64,000 nucleotides of DNA from Candidatus Saccharimonadales bacterium (GCA_049521895.1 JBEKOJ010000001.1:695114-759113); one strand, 5' to 3'. Shown: positions 8,031 through 17,666, counted from the stretch's first letter. Notes: generated by a model not told the origin, from the sequence alone. Translations and numbers: made by a program.

Positions 8031-8875
8031 TTGGCCTGACAGCCAGCGGCAAGTCGGATCTGGCGATGAGGCTGGCCAAAGAGCTGGATGGCGAAATAAT
8101 CTGCGCTGATTCGCGTACGATTTACAGGGGGATGGATATCGGTACGGCCAAACCAACGATAGCCGAGCAGACTGATGTTAGACACTGGGGAATAGATCTG
8201 ATAAAGCCCGGGCAGGGCTACAGCGCCGCCAAGTTTAAAAAGTATGCCAAAAACGCTATCACGGATATCCAGAATAGGGGCAAACTGCCGATTTTAGTTG
8301 GTGGCACCGGCCTATATGTGGACGGCGTACTTTATGATTTTGGGTTTATGCCTAAAGCTCCCAAAAGCCGGCGAGCCAAGCTGGAGGCTATGAGCCTGGA
8401 GGCGTTGCAGGACTTTATCCGTGAAATGAGTTGGCCGATGCCATTTAACGTGCATAACCGGCGGCATCTGGTACGTGTTATGGAGCGGCAGGGAAAAACC
8501 GGCTCTAAAAAGACCGCACCGCCTGCCGGAGTTTTGATGATTGGCCTGATGCCACCGGACGAGGTACTCAAAGAGCGGATTGCCAGCCGCGCTGAGGCAG
8601 TTTTTGGCCAGGGAATTATTAAGGAGACCGAGAAACTAATGGATAGATACGGCCGAGAAAGCGTGTCTAGCACAGCCGGCATTGCCTACCAAGTAATCCT
8701 AAGGCTAATCGGGGGTGAAATTACCCAAAATGAAGCCACTCAACTGATAGCTACGAAGGAATGGCAGTACGCGCGACGGCAAAAAACCTGGTTCAAGCGC
8801 GACCCTCACATAAAATGGTTCAATGATCCGGACGCAGCTTACGAAGCCATCAAAAAACAGTTGGTGAACACATAA
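7991..8875 (+). CDS. miaA: tRNA dimethylallyltransferase
   Basis: P-loop GLTASGKS and ICADSRTIYRGMDIGTAKPT. Confidence 0.85.
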   Translation: MVSTTSGPELVAIVGLTASGKSDLAMRLAKELDGEIICADSRTIYRGMDIGTAKPTIAEQTDVRHWGIDLIKPGQGYSAAKFKKYAKNAITDIQNRGKLPILVGGTGLYVDGVLYDFGFMPKAPKSRRAKLEAMSLEALQDFIREMSWPMPFNVHNRRHLVRVMERQGKTGSKKTAPPAGVLMIGLMPPDEVLKERIASRAEAVFGQGIIKETEKLMDRYGRESVSSTAGIAYQVILRLIGGEITQNEATQLIATKEWQYARRQKTWFKRDPHIKWFNDPDAAYEAIKKQLVNT

Positions 8876-8926
8876 AACAACGTTTTAGCTGGACACTTCT
8901 GGTACAATAAAAACAGGGAGAGAGAA

Positions 8927-9565
8927 GTGATTGAGCAACTGTTTGGATCAAAAACGCGGGTAAAGCTGCTGCAGCTATTTTACGCTAATCCAAACCGATC
9001 ATTTTATGTGCGCGAAATCACCCGTAAAGTTAGCGAGCAGATAAATTCGGTACGTCGCGAGCTGTCCAATCTATTAAGCATTGGCATCATAACCTCCGAT
9101 GCCAATAACAACCGGCTTTATTACGAAGTTAATCAAAAATATCAGTACTACGCCCCGCTGGCAATGATTTTCGGCGGACTAAAAGCTGCGCCGGTAGCGT
9201 CCAAGAAAACTGCTGGTGGCGCAACCATGCAAGATAAATCCAAAACTGCTACTGTGGCCCCAGAGCACCCCATGGCTAAAGAAATCCGTGGCACTGGGCG
9301 GGTGGATCTGGCACTTTTAACCGGCCAATTTACTCGTGACGAGCTTTCTGGTATTGATTTGCTGGTAGTGGGCGATATCAACCAATCTAAGCTGGACCGC
9401 TTCGTGGAAGAGCTGGAAAAAGCCGAGAATAAAGAAGTGCGCTATACCTCCATGCCGCTGGCCACCTATCAATACCGCGTGCAAATCAATGATCGCTTTG
9501 TTAGTAACGTGCTGGCGGCTAAAAAACAGGTTATAATTAATAACCAGGACCTACTCGTAGAATAA
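8927..9565 (+). CDS. winged-helix transcriptional regulator-like protein
   Basis: N-terminal RVKLLQLFYANPNRSFYVREITRKV...SVRRELSNL wHTH pattern. GTG start with a GGGAGAG SD. Confidence 0.45.
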   Translation: MIEQLFGSKTRVKLLQLFYANPNRSFYVREITRKVSEQINSVRRELSNLLSIGIITSDANNNRLYYEVNQKYQYYAPLAMIFGGLKAAPVASKKTAGGATMQDKSKTATVAPEHPMAKEIRGTGRVDLALLTGQFTRDELSGIDLLVVGDINQSKLDRFVEELEKAENKEVRYTSMPLATYQYRVQINDRFVSNVLAAKKQVIINNQDLLVE

Positions 9566-9588
9566 AAAATGATTCGTTACACTCATCA

Positions 9589-9663
9589 GGTTACAGGTTA
9601 CAGGTTACAGGTTACAGAAACTGTAGCTAAACTGTTACCTACAACCTCTAACCTACAACCTCA
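9589..9663. repeat. (GGTTACA)x4 heptad word-hairpin, copy H4
   Basis: GGTTACAGGTTACAGGTTACAGGTTACAG ... CTGTTACCTACAACCTCTAACCTACAACC. The arms are complementary only if transitions/G:U pairs are allowed. Confidence 0.6.
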
Positions 9664-9684
9664 AGCGACCGCAGGGAGCACCTA

Positions 9685-10311
9685 GTGGAATTGTCGTTTT
9701 TTGGTGCTAATTGCCTACGTTTGACGGCCAAAAAGGCTACCATTGTGGTCGACGACAATTTAGCTAATCTTGGCCTAAAAACGCTTACCAAACCAGACAA
9801 TATCAGTCTGCGCACCTCTGTAAAGTTAATTCCCGAGCACGAGGCCAAGTTCAGCGCTGATATGCCCGGCGAATACGAGATGGCCGGTGTGGTTATCCAT
9901 GGCGTGGCTGCACGGGCGCACATGGACAAAGAAGGCGAGCACACAGCAATAATCTACACTGTAGCCACCGATGACTTAAAAGTGGCTATTATCGGTCATA
10001 TTTATCCCGAGTTATCGGACGACCAGCTGGAGCAGATCGGCTTGGTGGATGTGGCTATAATTCCAGTGGGCAATAGTGGATATACGCTGGATGGGGTAGG
10101 TGCCCTTAAAGTCGTTAAAGCCATTGAGCCTAAAGTGGTAATTCCCACTCACTACGCCGATAAAGCGGTTAAGTACGAGGTACCGCAGGTTGAGCTGGCC
10201 GAATCACTCAAGAATTTAGGCATGGAAGCCTCCGAGACACTTGATAAATATAGGCCCAAACCAGCCGAACTAACAGATACAACCCGGCTGATTGTCTTAA
10301 GCCGCCAATAG
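9685..10311 (+). CDS. MBL-fold hydrolase-like protein (Lactamase_B_3-like)
   Basis: Overall pattern of UPF0173-type proteins. A canonical HxHxDH motif is not obvious. Confidence 0.45.
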   Translation: MELSFFGANCLRLTAKKATIVVDDNLANLGLKTLTKPDNISLRTSVKLIPEHEAKFSADMPGEYEMAGVVIHGVAARAHMDKEGEHTAIIYTVATDDLKVAIIGHIYPELSDDQLEQIGLVDVAIIPVGNSGYTLDGVGALKVVKAIEPKVVIPTHYADKAVKYEVPQVELAESLKNLGMEASETLDKYRPKPAELTDTTRLIVLSRQ

Positions 10312-10334
10312 ATAATATAAGACGCGATAATTTT

Positions 10335-10565
10335 ATGGAACTCAGACAAAAGGCTAGAGAACTCATCGACAATAAATATACTAAGCTTGTAAGTTTGCTT
10401 GGAGGGCTAGCTACTTTAGCGGCCGCCGGGATTTACTTGCATGAATCTTTACATCCTAATTTTGATCTTTCGACCGGCGGTCTTGCCGTTGGGGCAACAC
10501 TGGTTTTCCACGGTATAAATAGAGCCCGCGAAAGACGTCCACTTCCAGAAGAACCCGAGTCTTAA
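10335..10565 (+). CDS. small hypothetical membrane protein
   Basis: Track ORF with two hydrophobic stretches. Confidence 0.35.
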   Translation: MELRQKARELIDNKYTKLVSLLGGLATLAAAGIYLHESLHPNFDLSTGGLAVGATLVFHGINRARERRPLPEEPES

Positions 10566-10750
10566 ATAAGGCCTTTTTTCTTTAGGCTGCGGATGGCGGT
10601 GGTGCTGATTTTGACTTTGACTTTTTTGCCGTCTACCACTAGAGTTTTGGTCTGCAAATTAGGCTTCCACACGCGTTTGGTGTGGCGCTGAGAAAAACTG
10701 ACGTTATTACCATACTGCTTTTTCTTGGTATCGATTTCTAATCTTCGCAT
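10562..10750 (-). CDS. rpmB: 50S ribosomal protein L28
   Basis: GNNVSFSQRHTKRVWKPNLQ motif. Confidence 0.85.
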   Translation of the reverse strand: MRRLEIDTKKKQYGNNVSFSQRHTKRVWKPNLQTKTLVVDGKKVKVKISTTAIRSLKKKGLI

Positions 10751-10810
10751 AGGTATAATTTTCTAAGTTATTCAAACACCCATTCTATAGATTGTGTCGC
10801 ATGATTTCAA

Positions 10811-10892
10811 CCCAGCAGTAGACTTTCGATTCGTCCGCCCGTGGCGGACTTATATCTGCGGAGGCAGATAATATCGAAAGCTCACTACTGGG
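10811..10892. repeat. CCCAGCAGT...ACTACTGGG palindromic element, copy P1
   Basis: 20-nt arms CCCAGCAGTAGACTTTCGAT / ATCGAAAGCTCACTACTGGG enclose two small GC hairpins. A second copy is at 20169. Confidence 0.55.
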
Positions 10893-10971
10893 CAAGGGTG
10901 TTATTTTACTTGATTTTTTTATCCCTGTCCACTATCTACAGTCCTCTGCTGCTTAAGCTATACTAAAGGTC

Positions 10972-11607
10972 GTGAGCGCCAATCTGCAAACCATAATAAT
11001 TCTTCTGATTGTGCTGCTTTTTAGCATGTCTATCCACGAGATGATGCATGCTTTTACTGCCGATTGGCTGGGCGATGATACAGCACGTATAATGGGCCGG
11101 GTTAGCTTGAACCCCTTGCGCCACATTGACCCGGTCTTTACAGTAGCCCTGCCGCTGCTGCTACTGCTTTCTGGCAGCCGATTCCTGTTTGGCGCCGCCA
11201 AACCGGTGCAGGTTAACTTTAACAAATTAAAATACGGCGAGTTCGGTGGGGCGATTGTGGGCATGGTGGGGCCAGTTACCAACCTAGTAATTGCGGCGGT
11301 GATGGCTTTGATCTTTAATCATCTGAGTTTAGTAAGTGGTACAGCTGCCTACAGCTTTTTTCAGCTGGCAATCATACTTAATGTGGGCCTGTTTATTTTT
11401 AACTCTATTCCTTGGCCGCCACTGGATGGCTCGCGCTTGCTGTACGCCTTTGCACCGAGGCCGCTGCAGGAATTTATGGAATCTATAGAACGCTTGGGGA
11501 TAATGGGTTTGGTGGTCTTTATTTTCTTGTTTTACTCCTTTGGCGGATCTATCGGTGACATTATGTTAAAACTGGTGCACGCGCTTGCCCCCACCCTTAT
11601 AACCTAA
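10972..11607 (+). CDS. site-2 protease family (peptidase M50) membrane metalloprotease
   Basis: HEMMHAF (HExxH) and NSIPWPPLDGSRLL. Confidence 0.75.
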   Translation: MSANLQTIIILLIVLLFSMSIHEMMHAFTADWLGDDTARIMGRVSLNPLRHIDPVFTVALPLLLLLSGSRFLFGAAKPVQVNFNKLKYGEFGGAIVGMVGPVTNLVIAAVMALIFNHLSLVSGTAAYSFFQLAIILNVGLFIFNSIPWPPLDGSRLLYAFAPRPLQEFMESIERLGIMGLVVFIFLFYSFGGSIGDIMLKLVHALAPTLIT

Positions 11608-11796
11608 TTTTCTCGCTAGATACGTGCTTGAGCAAAGTACAAGACGCTGCCGAGAAACAAGCGAGGCGTATTAATAGATACGTTGAGCGAGTCTCGCAGG
11701 CAGGCAACGCCGTAATTTGCCAAGAGCAGCAGCGGTGCTACCAGCTCCGCTGGTTGACAGGCGGCTGCGGCACGTATTTAGCGGGGTGTATAATAT

Positions 11797-11974
11797 AAGC
11801 AGGTCGGTAAGACTAGCACAATAAATTTTCTGAACAGTTGGTTACTCGAGGGAGCTCAATATTTGCATCGGGCTGTGGCCCGGGCGTGAGGGCACCCACT
11901 TTGCGAACGCAGAGTAAATTTTGGTGCTTCAAACCGACCTACACATAAAAAACCCGATATTTATCGGGTTTTTT
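11797..11974 (+). ncRNA. candidate about 175-nt small RNA (rod-like, 6S-like or unknown)
   Basis: TGTATAAT extended -10 at 11787-11794. Closing helix AGGTCGGT (11801-08) / ACCGACCT (11933-40). Hairpin plus T-run terminator at 11947-11974. No ORF. Confidence 0.35.
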
Positions 11975-11977
11975 ATG

Positions 11978-12053
11978 TGGTCGGGGATGCGGGATTTGAA
12001 CCCACGACCTCACGGCCCCCAGCCGTGCGCGCTACCAACTGCGCTAATCCCCG
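11978..12053 (-). tRNA. tRNA-Pro (anticodon GGG)
   Basis: Reverse complement reads CGGGGATTAGCGCAGTTGG...CACGG-CTGGGGG-CCGTG...TTCAAAT...ATCCCCGACCA. Confidence 0.85.
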
Positions 12054-12177
12054 TCGAAATTGAAGGACAACCTACGGTTTTCCTTCAACGCTCAGTCGGC
12101 AAAGCCGCCCCTGACGGGCAAGCCGAGCTACTACCTTTCCCTTAAGAAAGAACAATAACTATTATAAGATAGTAGGG

Positions 12178-12975
12178 ATGAAAACGCTGAAATTCGACCA
12201 TGGACAGGCCCAGGCTATCCTAGCCGGCCAAAAAAACTCTACTTGGCGGCTTTACGACGATAAGGACCTTTCTGTTAGCGACGATATAAAAATTGTCGAT
12301 AAAGTTAATCCCAAAAACCCGGAGAGTTGGCGGATTATTGGCCAGGCTAAAGTCACAGAAATCATTGAAAAGCTACTGGGGTCAGTGACAGAGGAGGATT
12401 TACGTGCCCGCCCGCCTTTCAAAACTAAGGAAGAGGTGCTGGAAACCTATCGTGGCTACTACGGCCTGCGCGTAAATTTTGAAACGCCAGTCAAGATTAT
12501 TTATTTTGATTTTACACCCACTGTTGGTGACCAGCCTAGCGGCGCTATGTTACTGGAAGAGGCTAAACTTTATACCGATGGCGCCTCGCGTGGCAACCCT
12601 GGCAATTCGGCCTGCGCCTATATTATTTGCAAACCCGATAATACAACGGTAGAGAAGGGCGGTTATTACATGGGTATGGCTACCAACAACCAGGCCGAAT
12701 ACTATGGTTTTATCAAGGGGCTAGAGCGGGCCCGTGACCTGGGAATTGATAAAGTAGACCTGTTTTCCGACAGCCAGCTAGTCGTTAATCAGATGACCGG
12801 TCGCTACAGGGTTAAGAACCAGGAATTGGCGCCGCTGCACCAGCAGGCCAAAGCTTTAGCAGAATCTTTTGAAGAGGTTGGCTTTACCTACGTGCCGCGT
12901 GAGCTTAACAAAATCGCCGACACCGAAGTCAATCGCATCTTGGACCAGGCCGAAAGAAACAAGCGCAAAAAATAG
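12178..12975 (+). CDS. ASCH domain fused to RNase H (type 1)
   Basis: N-terminal ASCH-like region (AILAGQKNSTWR). C-terminal LYTDGASRGNPG...NNQAEY...FSDSQLVVNQ...NKIAD (the DEDD residues of RNase HI). Confidence 0.7.
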   Translation: MKTLKFDHGQAQAILAGQKNSTWRLYDDKDLSVSDDIKIVDKVNPKNPESWRIIGQAKVTEIIEKLLGSVTEEDLRARPPFKTKEEVLETYRGYYGLRVNFETPVKIIYFDFTPTVGDQPSGAMLLEEAKLYTDGASRGNPGNSACAYIICKPDNTTVEKGGYYMGMATNNQAEYYGFIKGLERARDLGIDKVDLFSDSQLVVNQMTGRYRVKNQELAPLHQQAKALAESFEEVGFTYVPRELNKIADTEVNRILDQAERNKRKK

Positions 12976-13023
12976 CCATAAGCAGGGTTGATATCAGGGG
13001 TGAGGTGTGCTATAATTCATCTT

Positions 13024-13365
13024 GGCTCAGATTATCGGCTGATTGCGTGCAGCAATGCACGAGGAAAGTCCGGGCAGTACATGGCAAAGGCAGTTGCTAA
13101 CAGCAACCGGGGACAACCCTAGGGAAAGTGCCACAGAAACAACACAACCGTATCTCTAAAGGGTGCGGAAATGGTGAAACGAGTGAGGTAAGAGCTCACA
13201 GCGACCGCGGGTGACCGCGGGAGAAGGTAAACCCTGCCTACTGCAAGGAGACAGCTACCAGAGCGGCCAGCTACGCTGTCGATTGAACCGCTTGAGCCCA
13301 GTGGCAACGCTGGGCCTAGATAGATAATCAGCTAAAACAGAACCCGGCTTACGGATAATCTGGCT
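13024..13365 (+). ncRNA. rnpB: RNase P RNA (bacterial type A-like)
   Basis: Universal GAGGAAAGTCCGGGC, ACAGAACCCGGCTTAC, and P1 pairing of GCTCAGATTATC with GGATAATCTGGC. Confidence 0.85.
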
Positions 13366-13374
13366 GACAAAGAG

Positions 13375-13398
13375 CTCCTCTGAAAAGAGGAGTTTTTT
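13375..13398 (+). terminator. intrinsic terminator after rnpB
   Basis: CTCCTC-TGAAAA-GAGGAG followed by TTTTTT. Confidence 0.6.
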
Positions 13399-13418
13399 GA
13401 TTTTGTTATACTTCTGCC

Positions 13419-13991
13419 ATGACGACGTTTTATATTTGCCGGCACGGCGAGTCCGAGAACAATAAAAGGCGCAGGCTAATGGGCTGGTTGGATACGCCGC
13501 TAACAGATGAAGGCGTCCAAAATGCGGCGTCCTCGGCCGCGAAATTAAAGGGCATAAAGTTCGATAAAATTGTATCCAGCGACCTTGGCCGGGCCTTCAC
13601 AACCGCTTATTTAATCTCCCGCGAACTTGGCTACACGGATGAAATTAAGCGGAGCAGGGAGCTGCGCGAAGTGAACTATGGCGACCTGGCAAACATGCCT
13701 TATGCTGCCTATCCTGAGAAGTCGCAGGCCGAAAACACAAATTTTGCCCCGCCGAACGGCGAATCACTAGCCCAAATGCAGCAGAGAGTTTTGGCTTACG
13801 CACATAAGCTCAGCGCCGACAACGCCGACAAAACCATCTTGCTTGTAGGCCACCACGGCACCATCAACGCCGTACATGCAAGTTTCACTGGCGAGGATAT
13901 GGGCACAGCGGACGCTAATGAAAAGACCCACGACTTCGTCGCCCAATTCACCGTGAACGACGGCTCAATAACCTCCTTCACCGAACTCTAA
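13419..13991 (+). CDS. histidine phosphatase family protein (phosphoglycerate mutase-like)
   Basis: ICRHGESENN (RHG motif) and a distal GHHG. Confidence 0.7.
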   Translation: MTTFYICRHGESENNKRRRLMGWLDTPLTDEGVQNAASSAAKLKGIKFDKIVSSDLGRAFTTAYLISRELGYTDEIKRSRELREVNYGDLANMPYAAYPEKSQAENTNFAPPNGESLAQMQQRVLAYAHKLSADNADKTILLVGHHGTINAVHASFTGEDMGTADANEKTHDFVAQFTVNDGSITSFTEL

Positions 13992-14018
13992 ATACGCGAT
14001 TAACAGATACGCTTATGC

Positions 14019-15137
14019 TTGCATCAAATACCCAATGCGCCATACTTATTCCAAGATATGGACACAGGCAAACTGCTAAAGGTCATAAGCGACATTCGAA
14101 AGGACGAGTCGGAATTCTCGTTCCAATCACGGTTTTCTCAAATACTCACCTACTATAATGAACCCAATCGTGAGGCATTAAATTCGGAAAAAGAGGCAAT
14201 ATATAACGATATAAACAAGGGGATTCTGGCCAATTATAACTACTCAGACTCCAGTCTAATGAAACAGTTGGGCATAAAGGAGTTCTTTGGTATTGGTTCC
14301 CACGAGCGCTTGGATCAGATTCTGGGCAGCCAGTCGCAGGACACGCGACCACTACTGGAAGAGTTCATCGCAAAGAGACAAGACCAGGTTAACAGACTAA
14401 ACAGCCTATTCGATATTATGAGCGGGTTTGGTGTTAACGCTCGTGAGCTGGGAGATGATGAGTACGAGATAGGATTCTCCTTGCCTGTTATCTATACCGA
14501 TTTGGATAAGCTTCAGGAGGCAATCGCCGACATTAACAACTTTTTGAATGGGCTTTCAAGTGCTGCCGGCGAACAAGCTGCAGTTAGGGTCAAGTATGTC
14601 AGCAATGGCACCCTAGAATTATTTCTAAGCGCAGGGCTGACACTGGTCGTTAACTTTAATAAAGTTCTAGAATTTTCACTCAAGATCTACCACACGCTCA
14701 GTGATTGTGACGAAATCATAGAAAAGGCAAAAGCGTTTACAAAAGCCAAAACCAGGCGGAAGACCATAGAAAACGGTCTCAAGAAAGAAAGCCAAATGCA
14801 GGTGGATAAATTGATTGACGAAATGATTAAGGAGCTTGGCATAAAGGAGCATGACCATAGGAATAGAGTGAAGGGTCTATTTGTCGAAATACTGAAGCAC
14901 ATTGAAGCAGGAATAATACCCGAAGTTAGAGTTCCAGAGTTGCACGAGCCGAAGGAACTAGGCACCGATGCAACTAGCGAGCAAAAAAAAGAGTACAAAA
15001 CATTGGCGAATAGATACGAGAGAAATATGGTCATACAGAATCGTAACCGCGAAATATTGAAGCTAGAGGAAAGCAACTTTTACGGCACATCGGTAAACTT
15101 CTTGAAGGGCTCGGACGCCGACACGATCGCTAGATAG
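14019..15137 (+). CDS. hypothetical protein, coiled-coil-rich, AT-rich coding
   Basis: Long track ORF with no recognisable motif. A likelier start is ATG at MDTGKLL. Confidence 0.45.
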   Translation: MHQIPNAPYLFQDMDTGKLLKVISDIRKDESEFSFQSRFSQILTYYNEPNREALNSEKEAIYNDINKGILANYNYSDSSLMKQLGIKEFFGIGSHERLDQILGSQSQDTRPLLEEFIAKRQDQVNRLNSLFDIMSGFGVNARELGDDEYEIGFSLPVIYTDLDKLQEAIADINNFLNGLSSAAGEQAAVRVKYVSNGTLELFLSAGLTLVVNFNKVLEFSLKIYHTLSDCDEIIEKAKAFTKAKTRRKTIENGLKKESQMQVDKLIDEMIKELGIKEHDHRNRVKGLFVEILKHIEAGIIPEVRVPELHEPKELGTDATSEQKKEYKTLANRYERNMVIQNRNREILKLEESNFYGTSVNFLKGSDADTIAR

Positions 15138-15185
15138 CTGGCGTCTGATGAGTCCGGGCATAAGAAGCTGGCCCGAGCAGAGCGA

Positions 15186-15710
15186 TTGACTTTTCAATCC
15201 GTTTATGCTAATATGTACCCAAGTTCAAAAACAAAAAGGAAAAATATTATGTCCATAGAAGCATTAGCAAAACCGCGGCCTTTACAACCCGGTGAAACAG
15301 ATCATACTCATTCCAAAGAATATGTTTTGGCGCGAGGTGTAAACGTTGAGGTTGATAGGATGAACGAGAGGAAGAAGTTTAACGATCGAACTACAAATTC
15401 AGATTATGCAAATTCTCTGATAGAGCACCCGACAACTAGGATGAAGGAGCTCGGAAGGGATGACATCGCTAGAGACCAACACGAACTTTATCTGCATCAT
15501 CCTGAGAAACTGAGCAGAAGGCAGAGAGCTATGTTTAGAATCGGAGATAAACTTGAGCAAAATGGCGTCCTTGATCTAGTGGGTGACCTTTTAGAGCCAA
15601 GGCCAACTCATGATGATAAACGTTCCTACTGGGGCACTGGCCCTTATAAATATATGTCGTCCGAAGAACGTCGAGCCTATAGACATTCTCGCGGATACGA
15701 TCGTAGATAA
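15186..15710 (+). CDS. hypothetical protein (possibly starting at ATG 15249)
   Basis: Track ORF. The internal ATG is preceded by AAAAAGGA. No motif recognised. Confidence 0.4.
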   Translation: MTFQSVYANMYPSSKTKRKNIMSIEALAKPRPLQPGETDHTHSKEYVLARGVNVEVDRMNERKKFNDRTTNSDYANSLIEHPTTRMKELGRDDIARDQHELYLHHPEKLSRRQRAMFRIGDKLEQNGVLDLVGDLLEPRPTHDDKRSYWGTGPYKYMSSEERRAYRHSRGYDRR

Positions 15711-15760
15711 ATTCTCTTCTATTTTTGGGTCCCGGCATCGGCTTTTTCCTGCAGCCAATA

Positions 15761-16016
15761 GGGCCGGGCATAAGGAGCTAGCCCGGCTTTTCGGGCATCT
15801 GTCGAGGCCTGAGTGGATGATGTGAAAAAGGGGCGTCTTTGAGTGCTAAAGCATGTCCGACGAAACTAAGCAGTCGGGGACTGCTTAGCGAGGAGTTCTT
15901 TAGCAAGCCCGCTTTTTGACTATCAGACACATCAAGCCGAGACAGCCGCCCGAGAGCTTTGATTACTTTGTCGGTACAAAGTAACAGATTATTTAAGCAC
16001 TTTGCAAAAGTGCTAC
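15761..16016 (+). ncRNA. structured-RNA-like repeat, copy A
   Basis: Conserved TGCTAAAG...CTTTAGCA helix around CATGTCCGACGAA-hairpin-CGAGGAGTT, plus two further hairpins. All three hairpins covary with copy B. Confidence 0.4.
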
Positions 16017-16115
16017 TTGGTTTTAACAGCAGCTTTTAAGACTTCTTCGAAGCCGACCGGCTCGTTTATTCAGCTAGGCTATTGTGGTCTCTCTGCCGCC
16101 ATAAACCTTCATCCC

Positions 16116-16976
16116 TCAAGAAGTCTTTTTTCTAGCGAGCTGAAGAGTGGCAGAGAAATGGAGTGTAACTCTATTACCAAACTTGGTTTCAATCAAATTT
16201 CTAACTTCAGCCAAAAAGCCCTCCCGATCAAGTTCAGGCAGCTGTGAGACGTGCGAAATTGTTCGTAGATAATTCAAATAATCCTCCATGTTTTGGTATT
16301 CGAACGCAAGTGGCGGATCAGTTACGAAAAAGCCGATTTCATCGAAAAGATTAGTATCCACAGTTAATTTAGGACCCAGGTCCTCCATGTGTTTAACTAG
16401 TGGGCTGACAGCCTGAACTGTCCTTGGAGCCATACCAGATCTTAGAACACTAGTAACGCCATAACGTAAAACTATTGGCTCGAACGCGTCAAAATAGGCT
16501 TTGTCCTCAGGCAGTTCGACTAAATCGTTATAGATTATCGCTACATGCCCACCTGGCTTAAGCAGGCGAGCCATTTTTTTAAAAAGCGTTTCCTGATTGA
16601 CCCAATGTAATGAAGTTGCGCCGTAAATAAGATCAAAACTACCTTCAGCAAGTTCTACGTCTTCAAATTTGCCGACAACAACATTGGCGTTGGGAAATGG
16701 GGCCAGGTTACGTCTGGCTATATCTGCCAACTGTGGTCCAGGCTCTACGGCCGTAAGTGAGTATCCACGTTTAGCCATAGGTATAGTGGCCTGACCGGTA
16801 CCCGGACCAATTTCCAGCAACCGGGAGCTAGGATGAAGGTGAGTTTCAGCCGCTAAGATGTCAAATAATTGTTCAGGGTAACCAGGCCGTAGGCGATCAT
16901 AGTATGCAGCTTCTTTATCGAATAAGTCGCCTGCTAATGTGTTATGCCCACTCGGCGGTGTAGGCTCGGTGCTCAT
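16116..16976 (-). CDS. class I SAM-dependent methyltransferase
   Basis: LLEIGPGTGQAT motif I. Rossmann-like order of motifs. Confidence 0.75.
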   Translation of the reverse strand: MSTEPTPPSGHNTLAGDLFDKEAAYYDRLRPGYPEQLFDILAAETHLHPSSRLLEIGPGTGQATIPMAKRGYSLTAVEPGPQLADIARRNLAPFPNANVVVGKFEDVELAEGSFDLIYGATSLHWVNQETLFKKMARLLKPGGHVAIIYNDLVELPEDKAYFDAFEPIVLRYGVTSVLRSGMAPRTVQAVSPLVKHMEDLGPKLTVDTNLFDEIGFFVTDPPLAFEYQNMEDYLNYLRTISHVSQLPELDREGFLAEVRNLIETKFGNRVTLHFSATLQLARKKTS

Positions 16977-16978
16977 AA

Positions 16979-17326
16979 CTACTTAATTTTGGCGGCTTTC
17001 AAAACCGCTTCAAAGGCCTTGGGTTCGTTGACGGCCAATTCTGCCATCACTTTTCTGTCTAAAGTGATCTGCGCCTTTTTCATACCATTAATAAGCACGC
17101 TATAAGTCGTTCCATGCGTGCGGGCAGCGGCATTAATGCGGGCGTTCCACATCTGTCGGAAAGTCCGCTTGCGGTTCCGGCGGTCGCGGTAAGCGAACTG
17201 CAGGGCGCGGGTTGTGGCCTGGCGGCCGCGCTTCAGGGAAGAGCGGTGGGATTTTTGCATGCCCCGCGTGGCCTTGCGGACTTTTAAATGGCGTTTATGG
17301 CTGGCCACACCCCTTTTTACCCTCAT
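16979..17326 (-). CDS. rplT: 50S ribosomal protein L20
   Basis: [16 protein letters not shown]... I prefer ATG 17326 with a GAGGAG SD over the track start 17359, which lies inside repeat H5. Confidence 0.9.
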   Translation of the reverse strand: MRVKRGVASHKRHLKVRKATRGMQKSHRSSLKRGRQATTRALQFAYRDRRNRKRTFRQMWNARINAAARTHGTTYSVLINGMKKAQITLDRKVMAELAVNEPKAFEAVLKAAKIK

Positions 17327-17340
17327 CGCTGTGCTCCTCG

Positions 17341-17471
17341 GGCATTTGCCATTTGCCATTTGCCATTTGCCATTAATTTACCAAGTGGCATTTGCCGTTG
17401 ATTAAATGAAAAAAGATCAATAAATGTTAAATGTGAATTGTTAAATGTGAATTGGAATGACGTAGTCATGA
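17341..17471 (-). repeat. intercistronic word-hairpin cassette, copy H5 (rpmI-rplT spacer)
   Basis: Reverse complement is roughly four-fifths identical by eye to 27341-27472. (CATTTGC)x4 arm versus (AAATGT/GAATTG) arm. Confidence 0.7.
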
Positions 17472-17666
17472 CTAGACTCCTAGGTTCCGGCGGATGTCTT
17501 TATTGTGTTTGCCATGCAGCTGCTGCACACCGGCAAAATGCCGCTTGCGCGAAGCTGATTTCTTCTCTAAAAAGTGGCTGCCGGTGGCGCGCCTACGCAG
17601 CAATTTACCGGTCTTGGTGACGGTAATGCGCTTGCCGGTTCCTTTATGAGTCTTTAACTTTGGCAT
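17472..17666 (-). CDS. rpmI: 50S ribosomal protein L35
   Basis: MPKLKTHKGTGKRITVTKTGK... Confidence 0.9.
   Translation of the reverse strand: MPKLKTHKGTGKRITVTKTGKLLRRRATGSHFLEKKSASRKRHFAGVQQLHGKHNKDIRRNLGV

Noticed and set aside
13119-13307. A 62-aa minus-strand ORF.
   Set aside because: It lies entirely within RNase P RNA.
17438-17620. Plus-strand ORFs antisense to rpmI/infC/comM and similar antisense ORFs inside tgt, thrS, gyrA, gyrB and the ATPase gene.
   Set aside because: Each lies within a confidently identified gene on the opposite strand or frame.
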